A stretch of 64,000 bases of DNA from Phoronis australis (GCA_002633005.1 NMRA01000069.1:912990-976989), one strand, 5' to 3'. Numbered from the stretch's first letter, positions 36,395 through 48,462 are shown. A program made the numbers and translations. Notes: a model not told the origin generated them from the letters alone.

Positions 36395-37110
36395 TTAAGT
36401 CTACTGTGGAAGCAGCTGAAAAACTAATAGGAATAAACAATATAGTATGTATTTGATAGCTGTAATGATTTTGCTGCATTTTCTTTTAGTATTGGGCCAT
36501 TATACCAGGCAGGTGTTGGATACCGTGATGCGATATCGTGATGCACTGTGGAGACTGCCACCAAATACTGGTAAGTGTAGAGTTGTGAATCGAACTGTCT
36601 TTAGCTTCAGTTTGGTGGAGGTTATACATGTATTTCGAGCTGTGCCTCAATCAAAAATTTGAAAAATAACTCAGAAGTTATTTCTTTTGTTTGTGATAAT
36701 TCTCATATTGCCTAGCGTTGTTTATTATTGTGCTGCCGGATTTAGGGGAGGTGGGACCATAGACTATAGAATGTGGACCACCAAGTCTGTATATTTTCAA
36801 TGGACGAAATCTGTGGTCTTGCGCATACGCTGTGATATCATTTATTCACTAGCGACACCTGGCAGACAAGGTATGCTTTACTTCCCGCAAGTACCTGTAC
36901 ATCGTTTCTTAATCACGGTTATTGTGTCGGGATTTGGATCGGCGATTTTGTCCAACTCGCATCCGGGTTTAAATAAATTGAACGCTCGTAAAACGTAAAC
37001 TTCTAAGTGAAGCTCATATTAATACTCCAGAAATAACCTCCATTCCTACTCAAGAGCCAGTCCTGCACTTCAGCAGCAGTTTACATACTCTGTGAGACAT
37101 TTCATTTTAA

Positions 37111-37636
37111 TGTTATCTCCAACCTGATTTACAAAAAATGGAAAACGACTCGATGGATTTCGCTGAAACTTTCCAAACTAAATATTTAGTCATCAATCTC
37201 AAAAACGCTGTTAGGATTTTTGATATAAAGGCCTAGTTTTTGCTTAATGTGACAAAGACGAATACGACTTCAACTTTTTACCAAAATACCTTACATTTTG
37301 CGAGTTGATTTGTCATAGGAACCAAATGAACAGACTAATTGAAAATGCCTTACAGTGTTTTTGAGGTAACTGGTGAAGTTTTCATTTAAAAAGGTTTCAT
37401 TAAAATCGACCGAGGGGTTATTTTGCCATGAATGTACCTTTCTCAAAAATGTTATTTTAACTTAAAAAAGGTTTTTACGTAAAAATAATTATGGCACATA
37501 AATATAAAAAGTATATTTATATTTCCTGGTCTTTGTTTTTCAGAAAATATATATTTTTACCAGTTGCCAAAGCTTACTTTTTTGATATACCGGTATGAGT
37601 TAGAATAGAGGCCATTAAATAAGGTTGGAGATAACC
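37111..37636. mobile_element. TTAA-flanked (Kolobok-like) MITE
   Basis: TTAA|TGTTATCTCCAACCTGATTTA ... TAAATAAGGTTGGAGATAACC|TTAA. Confidence 0.8.
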
Positions 37637-39744
37637 TTAAGCTTGAAGGCACGCCGGTGCCATTCTAAATTTCTGAACTCTACTATTGGAAGACCTTGAA
37701 CAAAGTTTCAGTGCTGATATGTTTTTTCATTGTCGTAGACAGAAAAGATAGAAGAATTTCCGGCCACAGTACACTAACGGGAACCTGAGTTTCCTATGTT
37801 GAGAGGGTGGTGACTCCTGTGGGATATTTTGTGAGTAACTGTCGGGAGTCATGAATCAGTTGTCTATAATCTATGGTGGGACAAAATAAAAAGTGGGCTC
37901 CTACCATAATATCCTAGATCAGACTCTACATTGCAGCACTCTGGAACACTTATTTCCATTTCAACATTTATCTATGATTGCATGCAATATATTGCTCTGT
38001 AACATATGCTATTCCAGATGTGCTGTCGAGGCGTAACCTCACTTCAAGGTGCATAACACTTATGACATCCTGGTGGACAACCCGCTTGACTTCCAGGTAT
38101 GTAACCCCTTGTATAAGATTGTAATATCATGCTTGAATTTGTAGGAGGAGAGTGTTAACTCAAAAACTTATCATTTTAAAAGACTTAAGTTCATTCACTA
38201 TCTGCTTTCTATACAAAGATTTCCAGTTGCAAGACTGGGCAGTGAATTTGTATTCAAAATACCCTAACGCACTCTCTGGAACATGAAACACTGAATCTGT
38301 TTTATTTAGCATGCATAATGAGACGAGAAGACCGGAGATTTAACCAGTGGTTGGTTTTCATGAAATCTGAAGGTCTCTGATGTCAACATATTGAGTTTTA
38401 TTGATACCTTTTGACCACATAAAGTTTCTTTATTCTTCAGACTATTGCCTAGAATTGCAGACTGGGAATCTTCAAGACGAAAGCATGGCAGATGAATTTC
38501 TAGTTTTAAATTAAATGTACATTTGGAAGTTTAATACTAAGAATGTTTACGAACCACATCTATTTTCTTTGCCATGCCATGTGCAATGAAGGACAATGAA
38601 GCATATTATTTAAAAGGCTCCTAAACTGGGATATTAACACACTTCTCATATTGCACTCTAAAATAAAATAGTGCTCTGTGACTCATCAATGCTCAAGTTA
38701 AGAAAAAATTGGGAACCCTTTCTAAGCATCTTCAACTGCCAAGCATTAGTAATGCTTTAGGTCATGTACACAACAAAAGTGAGGACAAAGCACTGTCTAA
38801 GAATCATTTTGTGTTTTCTGTTGAATCCACCCTCCTCACTCAAGTCCGAGCCCAATCCTCCATTAGCAGGAGAATGAATATGATTGGTTGAAATTCAGCA
38901 AAAAGAGGGTTTAATGTCCTAAAACTGATAACCCTTGCAGGTGCGAATGGTACCAGAGTCACCAGTGGTTGTCTCCATAAATCCTGAAGACAAATGATAC
39001 CTTGAAGTTAAAGGCGAAGGCAACCTTTTTTCATGTCACTTTTAGCATAAATAAGGTCTGTTGATTATCCCAGACATATTTTTCGCTTAAATACAGCTTT
39101 TCGTAATTTAATTAATTTCTGGTCCTCTACTCCGGAAGTGACGTTTTGGGAGGCAAGAATTTCGCGCCAATTTCTTTTCATACAGACTGTGAGAGCTGTC
39201 GAGTCAGTCATTGTTCTACCTCGGTTGTGATAGGTTCAGTCGTCGTTTGCTTTTATTTACGAGTCAGTCAACATGCCACGCTGTTGCTGCGTACCAGGAT
39301 TTACTCATTATCGTCTCACACGCGCTTTGGGTACCTTGCATCGCTTTCCGACGGATGACACACTTCGCCGTACTTGGCTAGCTCGTTCGTGTGAAGAACG
39401 CACCGTTCACACTACGTACAAAGCAGTGGCAAGCATTTTCAGCCGTCAGATTACGACAGAGCTATGTACGCTGAATTGATGAAGGTCCCTGCGAAACAAC
39501 GCCTGAAGAAGGGTTCCATACCGTCGCTGCTGATTCCCGGCAGTGCCCCGTCGCCACCCCCGAGAAGTGCGTTTTTGAAGCGAGAAACCTCGAGAGCTGT
39601 AGCCACTATAAACAGTGACTGGAGGCACTTCATCTACTGTCACCCATGCCTCCGAACTTACCCCCATAGCGTGCAATTCCAGGAACTAGCAGTGATTCAC
39701 CGTGTCAGCTGTTGTCTCTAGCCAAGAGCCTGTAAGCAGCCCTG

Positions 39745-42700
39745 TGTTGTATAGCTTGACCTATGCTAGCAGTCCAGTTTTCGAAATAAAGTTCTGTACC
39801 GGAACTCACGACGTTTTTGTTGGCTGCTTAATGAAGCAAGGAACTTTTGAGTAAGCAGGACTTAACCTTAGCCAAGGCACAAGAAATAGCGGTCGCCATG
39901 GAAGCCGCGGCTCGAGACGCCGTGGAATTGCAAAAAGTACGTCTGTAAATAAAGTAAGCTCGACACGTGAGAACACCGCGCGCGAAAAGTCAAGCGCGAA
40001 AGAACAGGCCCATAATTTTGAGGCCTGCCCATAATTTTGAGGCCTCAAGGGGTTGTTCTCGATGTAATAATAAAAACCACTATGCGAACTCTTGTTTCTT
40101 CAAAAACGCAAGGTGTCACAAATGTCATAGGGTCGGACACGTGAAACGCGCCAGTGTCGTAGCGCAGGAATGAATGCGGTAGACAGCGATTCGGATAACG
40201 GAAGTAACTTGGGGGTGCTAGATACTATTGAGATCAATAAAGTTTCAGTCGATGACATCATATGGGTACATGTCGAAATTGAAGGCAAGCCATTAGCAAT
40301 GGAGCTAGANGGTTGAGCGCGAGCTTGATAGACTTGTAGAGACAGGAGTAATAAGCCCGGTCGAGCACAGTGAGTGGGCCACACCAATTGTACCAATTTT
40401 AAAGAAAGATGGATCCAGCGTGCGACTATGTGGCGATTTCAAAGTGACTATCAACCCGGCTCTTGAAATAAGTAAATATCCATTACCACGGGTAGAAGAC
40501 ATCTTCGCTACACTCGCAGGGGGGCAATACTTTACAAAATTAGATTTGAAGAACGCATATCTTCAAATGGAAGTGTGCCCGGAGGACCGTAAATTCCTCA
40601 CCATTAACACTATGAAGGATTATACCAGTACAATCACCTTCCGTTTGGAATAGCATCAGCGCCGGCAATATGGCAAAGAGCCATCGATCAGGTGTTACAG
40701 GGTATACCCAACACCCAGGTCATGCTTGATAATGTCATCATAACGGGAAAGTCAACTGAGGAACACCTGGATACCATTGAAAGAGTCCTTAAACGTTTGC
40801 AAGAATATGGTCTCAAGGCAAACTTAGACAAATGTGATATGTTCAAATCGAGGATTAGCTACTGTGGACATGAAATTGATAAGCAAGGTCTTCATAAGAC
40901 ACAAGAGAAAATTGACGCTGTAGTCAACGCACCTTGCCCCAAAAATGTGAGCCAACTCCGATCGTTTCTCGGATTAGTTAATTACTACCGCAGTTTTCTG
41001 CCAAACGCGTCCTCGGTTCTGGCGCCCTTAAACAAGCTACTGCAGAAGAGTACTATATGGAAATGGTCTGCAGACTGCAGTCGCTCGTTCGCGGAAGTTA
41101 AAAGGTTGATAACTTCGGCTCAGGTTCTCACCCATTATGACCCGGAAATGCCCATTCAGTTAGCTTGTGATGCAAGCAAAGAAGGTCTAGGTGCTGTTCT
41201 CTCACATATCATGAGTGATGGAAGCGAACGCCCGATAGCGTTTGCCTCCAGATCGTTGAATTCAGCCGAGAAGAATTATTCTCAAATAGACAAGGAGGCA
41301 TTGGGAATTATTTGGGAAGTAAAAAATTCCACTGTTACCTATTTGGTAGGCAGTTTAATCTCGTGACAGATCAAGAGCCCTTACTGTCGATTTTTAGCCC
41401 ACAGAAGGGTATCTCGTTAACCACGGCAGCTCGTTTGCAACGGTATGCGCTGTTCCTGGCCTGTTACACTTACACTAAAATGCATGGAAACGCTGACAGC
41501 TTGTCACGTTTGCCCTTAAATAAGAAACCAACTGGTGAAAGAGAAAGGGATGATGGCTCCGAGGAGGTATTTATGTTGGGTCAATTTGATACGCTGCCAA
41601 TCACTCATAAGGAGATTAGCCAGGAGACCGTGAAAGACGCAACGCTAAAGAAGGTATACGATGCCGTTATGCGGGGATGGCACGATGGGGATATCCACGA
41701 CGTTGAGTTAGCACCATTCTATTCAAGACGTTCCGAATAAACAATCAATCAAAATTGCGTGGTATGGGGAATCAGGGTAGTTATTCCCGAACGCTTGCGC
41801 CCCGGAATTCTCGATGAACTGCACTGTGGTCACCTCGGCATCGTTAAAATGAAAACCCTCGCAAGGTCGTACGTTTGGTGGCCAGGCATTGATCAGGACA
41901 TTGAAATATTGACAAAGACGTGCCACGGGTGCCAAGCTAATGCATTCATCCATGGGAGTGGCCGAGCAGACCATGGCAGAGAATCCATGTTGATTTCGCA
42001 GGCGAGTTTATGGGCAAAATGTTTCTGATTGTGGTTGACGCTCACTCGAAGTGGCCAGAGGTGATTCCAATGATGTCAACTACCGCTGAGAAAACCGTCG
42101 ATGCGCTGCGCGATGTACCCGAACAAATCGTTAGTGACAACGGCCCCCAGTTTATTTCTTCGGAGTACGAACATGATTCTCAAACGAAACGGAATTCGCC
42201 TGATACGTTCAGCGCCGTATCATCCTAGAACGAATGGACTGGCCGAGAGATTCGTGGGAACCTTTAAGTTGGCCATGGAGGCTTCAAGGTGCGACAAAGG
42301 CACTTTCCTAAGAAAACTATATGACTTCTTATTGACGTACCGTAACAATCCGCACTCATCAACTGGTCAGGCCCCAGAAACGCTTCTGATGGGTCGCATG
42401 CTGAACACGAGACTGAACTTAGTCAGGCCAAATTTGAGAGCAACCGTTGAACTTAACCAAGAACGAATGGTGAAACCAGCAAACGAAAGAAGTTTTGAAC
42501 TCGGTGAGCACGTTGCCGTTAGAAATTATAGACCCGGAAACAAGTGGGTGCCTGGAGTAGTTAAGGAAAGAACTGGGCCGGTATCGTACAAGGTACAAAC
42601 ATCACCGGATGTTTATTGGCGCCGGCATGCGGATCAACTGCGAACTGCTGATTTTCAAACAGAACAGCCGACAATTGCGACCCGTGTCGAGCCGTCTCTA

Positions 42701-43102
42701 GAATCACCAGCTGTGCCGTGTCCTGCGTCCATTTCTGTACCACTGCCGCAACCCTCAATTGCTCCTCAATATCCGCAGCCGGAACACGTCCCTCAAACAC
42801 AACCTGAGCGACGCTACCCAAGCAGGACGAGGAAGGCACCGGACAGACTGGATCTTTGATTCAGTTGTGACAAACTTTAATACTTTTCTTTCAGTAGTTA
42901 ACATTTTATGAACTTTTTAGAACCTTAAGCAACCTTGGAGAGTTTATCTCGTGTATATGTGTTAAAAGGACATTCATTTTAGTGTAGAGGAGTATTGTAT
43001 ATCTTGACCTATAGAGGTCGCTAGCAGTCCAGTTTTCGAAATAAGGTTCTGTACCGGAACTCACGACGTTTTTGTTGGCTGCTTAATGAAGCAAATACAA
43101 CA
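39745..43102 (+). mobile_element. Ty3/Gypsy LTR retrotransposon, decayed, with ~110-bp LTRs and 5-bp TSD CCCTG
   Basis: TSD ccctg at 39740-39744 and 43103-43107; termini TGTTGTA...TACAACA; LTRs at 39745-39839 (3'-truncated) and 42993-43102; PPT agtgtagaggag before the 3' LTR; domain order gag-RT-RNaseH-IN. Confidence 0.93.
39840..42859 (+). pseudogene. Gypsy gag-pol remnant (CCHC knuckles, RT, RNase H, integrase), frameshifted
   Basis: Gag LLSKQDLTLAKAQEIAVAMEAAARD and CSRCNNKNHYANSC/CHKCHRVGH; RT RLCGDFKVTIN, YPLPRVEDIF, LDLKNAYLQ, with catalytic xxDD degraded to MLDN; RNase H CDASKEGLGAVL, NYSQIDKEAL; integrase HCGH..CHGC, IHVDFAG, SDNGPQF, NGLAERFV; several frameshifts and an N gap at 40310. 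Confidence 0.92.
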
Positions 43103-46100
43103 CCCTGCAGCGATGTTGAGTAGTGGGAGTGAATACAGGCCCAGTTTGACACCCAGTGAAAAGGACAGCTCATCATCCAGTGAACAGATCGGTGAACCTA
43201 AGTTTGATAAGTTTATTGTATTGGAGCTATTTAGAAGGTGCCACGTGTGTGACGAGGGAGTCGCACGACGGCGGGATGTAAGCAGTTTGGGTGCTCAAGT
43301 CACCATCGGGAGTGTGTCGCGGGGCAGTTCTTCCTCTGTACGTGAGACCGATAATAATGCGTACATCTCGGTAGGCAGCAACAACGTGGCATGTTGACTG
43401 ACTCGTAAACAAAAGTAAACGACGACCGAACTTATCACAACAGGGGTAGAACAATGACTGACTCGACTGCTCTCGCAGTCAGACTGCATGTATGAAAAGA
43501 AATTGGGGCGAAATTCTTGCCTCCCAAAACGTCACTTCCGGAGTAGACGACGAGTAATTAATTAAGTTACGAAAAGCTGTAAATAAGTGAAAAATATGTA
43601 TGGGATAATCAGCGAACCCTATTTTTGCTAAAAATGACATGAAATAAAGGTTGCCTTCGCCTTTAACCCCATGTTTTGTAATGTATAGTCATCATGATTC
43701 AAACTTATTCAGAAAATTGTATTGACATTTTCTGAATTTGTCACTGTGAACAATCAAAAATGATTAAAGGCACTTGATGTAATTTGTTATCGTGAATTTT
43801 TCAATTGCAAAGTTATGTTCAAATTGTTAACTTTGAAACATTTTAACCGGCTAATTAGCACACATTCCCTGAGACGGTGATAGTGACTGCTTAAAGTGTC
43901 GAAAAAAACAAAGTGCCTCTTTCGAATTATGATCAGACCATTTCACAATGTTTAATATAAATTGTACTTTGGTTGACACAAATATTTACATGTTGGGAGC
44001 TTGCATTCGCGTCATTTTTAAGCCGAAAGTTTGATCGCCGAGCGATTCCAATACGGGCCGGCTGTCGAGAGTGTGTCCCGTATTGGAATCGGCGACAGTA
44101 GCCCTTTTAAGTTGATGCAAAGTACATAAAAGTTCAAGGAAAGACATTAGTTGGTCATTTCACATCAATTCATATACAAACTGGTCAAAATTTTTACCTT
44201 TTGTAAGGTTTTAATCAACTAATTAGCTCAAATTCCAATACGGGCCGGCTNNNNNNNNNNNNNNNNNNNNNNNNNNNNNNNNNNNNNNNNNNNNNNNNNN
44301 NNNNNNNNNNNNNNNNNNNNNNNNNNNNNNNNNNNNNNNNNNNNNNNNNNNNNNNNNNNNNNNNNNNNNNNNNNNNNNNNNNNNNNNNNNNNNNNNNNNN
44401 NNNNNNNNNNNNNNNNNNNNNNNNNNNNNNNNNNNNNNNNNNNNNNNNNNNNNNNNNNNNNNNNNNNNNNNNNNNNNNNNNNNNNNNNNNNNNNNNNNNN
44501 NNNNNNNNNNNNNNNNNNNNNNNNNNNNNNNNNNNNNNNNNNNNNNNNNNNNNNNNNNNNNNNNNNNNNNNNNNNNNNNNNNNNNNNNNNNNNNNNNNNN
44601 NNNNNNNNNNNNNNNNNNNNNNNNNNNNNNNNNNNNNNNNNNNNNNNNNNNNNNNNNNNNNNNNNNNNNNNNNNNNNNNNNNNNNNNNNNNNNNNNNNNN
44701 NNNNNNNNNNNNNNNNNNNNNNNNNNNNNNNNNNNNNNNNNNNNNNNNNNNNNNNNNNNNNNNNNNNNNNNNNNNNNNNNNNNNNNNNNNNNGACTCCTT
44801 CCATTCAACATGGCGGTATTACTACCGCGTACCAGGAAATAGTGCTAGAAGAAATTTCACGATAAAATACTAAGGGAACGGGGTAGGAGAAATTTCTGTG
44901 TATATTTGGAAAGATAACATTGCGAGGAATCGAACGATACCAAAACCATATGTCTAAGTCATTGTCGTCATATTGTAAACAAGGTGTCACCAGACCAGAG
45001 ACGATTAAACTATACATCACACGTCTCTTCTTAAGAACCCTGGAATTGCTAATAACAAGTAGAAATTGTCGATTTTACGAGGCGCAAGGCATTTTAACGA
45101 AAGCCATTGCTTTCTGAGCTCTTTATTTTAAAAAATAAGCAAAAGCCAAGTATTATTTCAGATCCACAACAAAGGTTACACTCTGACGGTTTTCTCTGTA
45201 TAACATTCGTACCAAAGTGGCCTCTATTTAAGCAGAAAATGACACTTAAACTCACCGGGTACGTGACTGTAGTCTGCCATTTTTGGTGCAAAGTCTCGTT
45301 CTCGATCGCAGGTTGGCCAGGGTGATCTATGTTGCCACGTATAAGAACGCGGGACGCTGTTAGCGCAGACAACGAAGATATATAATTCACAGTAGTCGGA
45401 CGTGTCGACTGAGCTCTGCCCAGCGTTAGGCGGGAAATTAAAATCGTTCTGTTTCAGTAAGTTTCACGCTATCACGACTCCGATATTAAAGTTTGTAAAC
45501 AGTTACTGTAATGAATCATGTTATCATCCACGATACTTTTTTAAGACTCAATGATCTTGCTAGGCCAGAGAGTTCTACTTTGAAATCAGCTGAAGAACAA
45601 TTTATGCCTACATCGCATACAGATATAAAATATTACGTTGTGGTAGGCGAGTTGTAATGATATTAAAAGGTTAAGTTGTAGAATGCTGTCAAATTTTGAA
45701 ACTAGAATGTACCTTTCAGAATTGCACATTCGGTGTATAATAATGTCTTTTGATAAATGAAGTAAGTCATCCACTGTACGAATCTGATGCGTTGTGTCTT
45801 TGTACATAAGGTCATGGTATTTGCAGTTTAATCGGTGGCTAGTACTGCTTGTGTTAGTTTCGTTTTCTTGTACCATTTTCCTGTACCGATATTCGGCGAA
45901 TTATGCCTCACACTGATTATGTTGTTATCCTTTGAACACGGTGGTGCATCTTAGAAGGCTGTTAATGTGTCGATTTCCTTCCAACTCAAACAAATACTCC
46001 CTTAATCAAGCTTTATTTCGAACAATCCTTCGCTCTCAGTTTTCCATGGCCGGGTAACTGACCGTTTTCACACTCCTCACGCCAGAAGATATGAGGTCCC

Positions 46101-46396
46101 TGATATCCCCTGGAACATCGTATCTCAGAAGTGGCTGAACGAATTTACATGCAACTTAAAGATATAGCACTTTATTCACTGTTCTACAGAATGCTTTTGG
46201 AATGTTTCACTTTTTGCACTAGGGACTATCAAAAATCAGGACTGATTTTTATGAAAAAAAATTAAAAGTTTGCTAAAATGTGTAAGGAATCGATAATTTA
46301 GGAATTTATAACAACAATTTTAAGATTTTATTTTGAGCACTTTTATCGTACGAAAATATGTTTTGAGTTATTATGTTTACTTTCTGTTCGCAGGAC

Positions 46397-48367
46397 ATGG
46401 CGTCGAACGATCCACTTGCCCAGCTGCGTCGACTCCTAGAGTGTCCCGTGTGTATGGAGCAATCCAGTGGTCAGAGGGTTTTGCCATGTCTTCACTCGTT
46501 CTGCGAAGACTGCTTGAACAGTCACATGACCAGAATGGGGAAAAGTGGTGAATTTCCATGTCCGTTGTGCAAAAAACAATTTCCGGTTCCTAGCCAGGGT
46601 GCTACTGGCTTCCAACACAACTTTTTTCATGCTCGTATCTGTGACGTTGTTTCGAATGATGACAGCACGAACAAAATGCATTGTTCAATTCACGAAGGGC
46701 GGATTTTGGAATTTTACTGTGAACAATGCAAGGTACCCACATGTTCACGTTGCATCACTTCGAACCATAATCAACACAAACTGAAAGATTTAGACGTTGC
46801 TGCAAAAGACGCCATTGAGGTACATGTAATGCGCGATTTGTTGAGAGATGTTACGAAGCACTGGGAAGTGTTGCGCCACAAACGACAGCGAGTTGTAGAA
46901 AGTTATATCCAGCAGCAAAAAGCCTGTAAGAATAAGATAAAACGTGTATACAGCGAGTTCCTGGCAGAGATCACTCGTCAAGTCAAAATTAATGAAGAGA
47001 AGGCTATTGCTGAGTTGGATGAACAAGTTGAGGTGGAGAGAAAACAGGCAGAAGCTGCTTGTGACGAGACTGAACTGAACAGGGGAAAGTTTGCCAGTGC
47101 GTTAGAATATGTGAATAATGTTCTTGAGTCGTGTCATGAAGCTGAAAAACTGCAACAATTTAACGAGATTAGGTCAGTTCTTGAAAACTTGAATATTGAT
47201 CAAATCAATGAGCGGGTGGAAAAAACAGTCTTTGAAATACATCCTGCTACAATTACAGTTCAAAATCTAAGTGTAAAGATTATGAAAACAATGGAAGGGG
47301 AAAATATTTCATCCAATTTTTTTGAAAAATTTGCCTCAGTTGTTGCAGTTTCCAGTAAATCACCTGACCACATGGGCGGCGCAGCACTGAAAAAAGTGGG
47401 GGGGCTAAATCCCCCTCTGCCACGCTGTGGTGCATCGCCTATAGACCATGTGCAGTGTAGTACTGAAAAAAGTGGGGGGGCTATAGCCCTCCCAGCACCC
47501 TATGATGTGCCACCCATGGACCACCGTGTAACCCTTCAACCGGCTGTTAAATGTGTTCAACTTGAGCGGAGATTTAGCAGCCTGATTAAGGAGGATAGGG
47601 AATGTTGGCTAACGGAAGGCTGGTGTGAGGTACTGGCAGTGGGTGATGGGGTATTGGTTGTTACCAACAGTAGGAGCAAAAATGTCAATGTGTTTGATAA
47701 AATCAACTTGACATTCAAACTAACATTAAACCAAACCCAACACCAACTGCAGATTCCCGGTGATGTGACGTGTAATAGACTTGGTGAGATCTTCATCACC
47801 GACCGCGGCATTCATGGTGTTGTCAAGTATGATGCCGCAGGTCGACTGATGAAGGTCTACCCAGATGTGTATAAAGGTCACGGGTATATTACATGTCACG
47901 TCGACCAGCTGATAGTGGCGGATACACAGGGTGGACGGGTGTTGTACACAGACTTTGAGTGTAAGGTCCATCATCAAATAGACGCCCACTCCCTGGGTTT
48001 GAGTAAGTTCTCACCATACTATTATATATGTGTGGATGAGAAATCTGGACATCTGGTGGTGAGCCAGTTCAGACCCCCTCGTGTGTACTTGATTGACCCC
48101 ACACAGCCGGCCGTTATACATACATTCAGTGATGAATTGTGTGGGCCTCGCGGTGTGTGCGTGGATCAGTTCGGTTACATTCTCCTGGCTGACACTGACT
48201 GGTACTTCAATCACCGTATAATTCTATTGACTCCTACACGTGCACACGTGATCACCAGGGAGGGTGATGTCTACAGGCCTATGGCCATATGTACATCAGG
48301 CCCTGGTCAGGTGTATGTACTGGAGGCGGAAGGTGATGTGAAGGAGTTCAAGTACCTTGATATCTAA
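46397..48367 (+). CDS. TRIM-NHL family E3 ligase (RING, B-box2, coiled coil, NHL/beta-propeller; TRIM2/3/71-like), single coding exon, 656 aa
   Basis: RING CPVC..CLHSFCEDC..CPLC; B-box2 CSIH..YCEQCKVPTCSRCITSNHNQH; heptad-rich coiled coil; NHL-like repeats (PGDVTCNRLGEIFITD, PRGVCVDQFGYILLAD, PMAICT). ATG directly follows an acceptor (ttctgttcgcag|gacATGG); AATAAA at 48396-48401. Confidence 0.92.
   Translation: MASNDPLAQLRRLLECPVCMEQSSGQRVLPCLHSFCEDCLNSHMTRMGKSGEFPCPLCKKQFPVPSQGATGFQHNFFHARICDVVSNDDSTNKMHCSIHEGRILEFYCEQCKVPTCSRCITSNHNQHKLKDLDVAAKDAIEVHVMRDLLRDVTKHWEVLRHKRQRVVESYIQQQKACKNKIKRVYSEFLAEITRQVKINEEKAIAELDEQVEVERKQAEAACDETELNRGKFASALEYVNNVLESCHEAEKLQQFNEIRSVLENLNIDQINERVEKTVFEIHPATITVQNLSVKIMKTMEGENISSNFFEKFASVVAVSSKSPDHMGGAALKKVGGLNPPLPRCGASPIDHVQCSTEKSGGAIALPAPYDVPPMDHRVTLQPAVKCVQLERRFSSLIKEDRECWLTEGWCEVLAVGDGVLVVTNSRSKNVNVFDKINLTFKLTLNQTQHQLQIPGDVTCNRLGEIFITDRGIHGVVKYDAAGRLMKVYPDVYKGHGYITCHVDQLIVADTQGGRVLYTDFECKVHHQIDAHSLGLSKFSPYYYICVDEKSGHLVVSQFRPPRVYLIDPTQPAVIHTFSDELCGPRGVCVDQFGYILLADTDWYFNHRIILLTPTRAHVITREGDVYRPMAICTSGPGQVYVLEAEGDVKEFKYLDI
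47371..47518 (+). mobile_element. Two tandem ~73-bp MITEs inside the TRIM-NHL CDS
   Basis: CATGGGCGGCGCAGCACTGAAAAAAGTGGGGGGGCTA..CGCCTAT(G) family; free copies at 36174-36243 and 49247-49313; GACCA flanks at 47366-47370 and 47519-47523. Confidence 0.85.
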
Positions 48368-48462
48368 TTTAACAGCTTGAATCATCAGTTGGTTGAATAA
48401 ATGTTTGTGATAATGTTTTGTAAAATAACTATTTGAAATTCTTGAAGTCCGTATGTTGTGTG

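Larger units (their letters stand above)
39012..43662 (+). mobile_element. Non-autonomous Kolobok-type DNA transposon with THAP remnant and ~310-bp TIRs; hosts the Gypsy insertion
   Basis: TTAA at 39008-39011 and 43663-43666; termini AGGCGAAGGCAACC...GGTTGCCTTCGCCT; THAP MPRCCCVPG..LHRFPTDDTLRRTWL..KHF..RLKKGSIPSL (39273-39535); transposase-like KFIVLELFRRCHVCDEG after the LTR. Confidence 0.85.

Noticed and set aside
42561-42839. Antisense ORFs over the Gypsy integrase (and similar ones over the TRIM CDS)
   Set aside because: Shadow ORFs of real coding sequence with no independent motifs.
44215-44811. Long ORFs of 193-198 aa in the ORF track
   Set aside because: Almost entirely X from the N gap.
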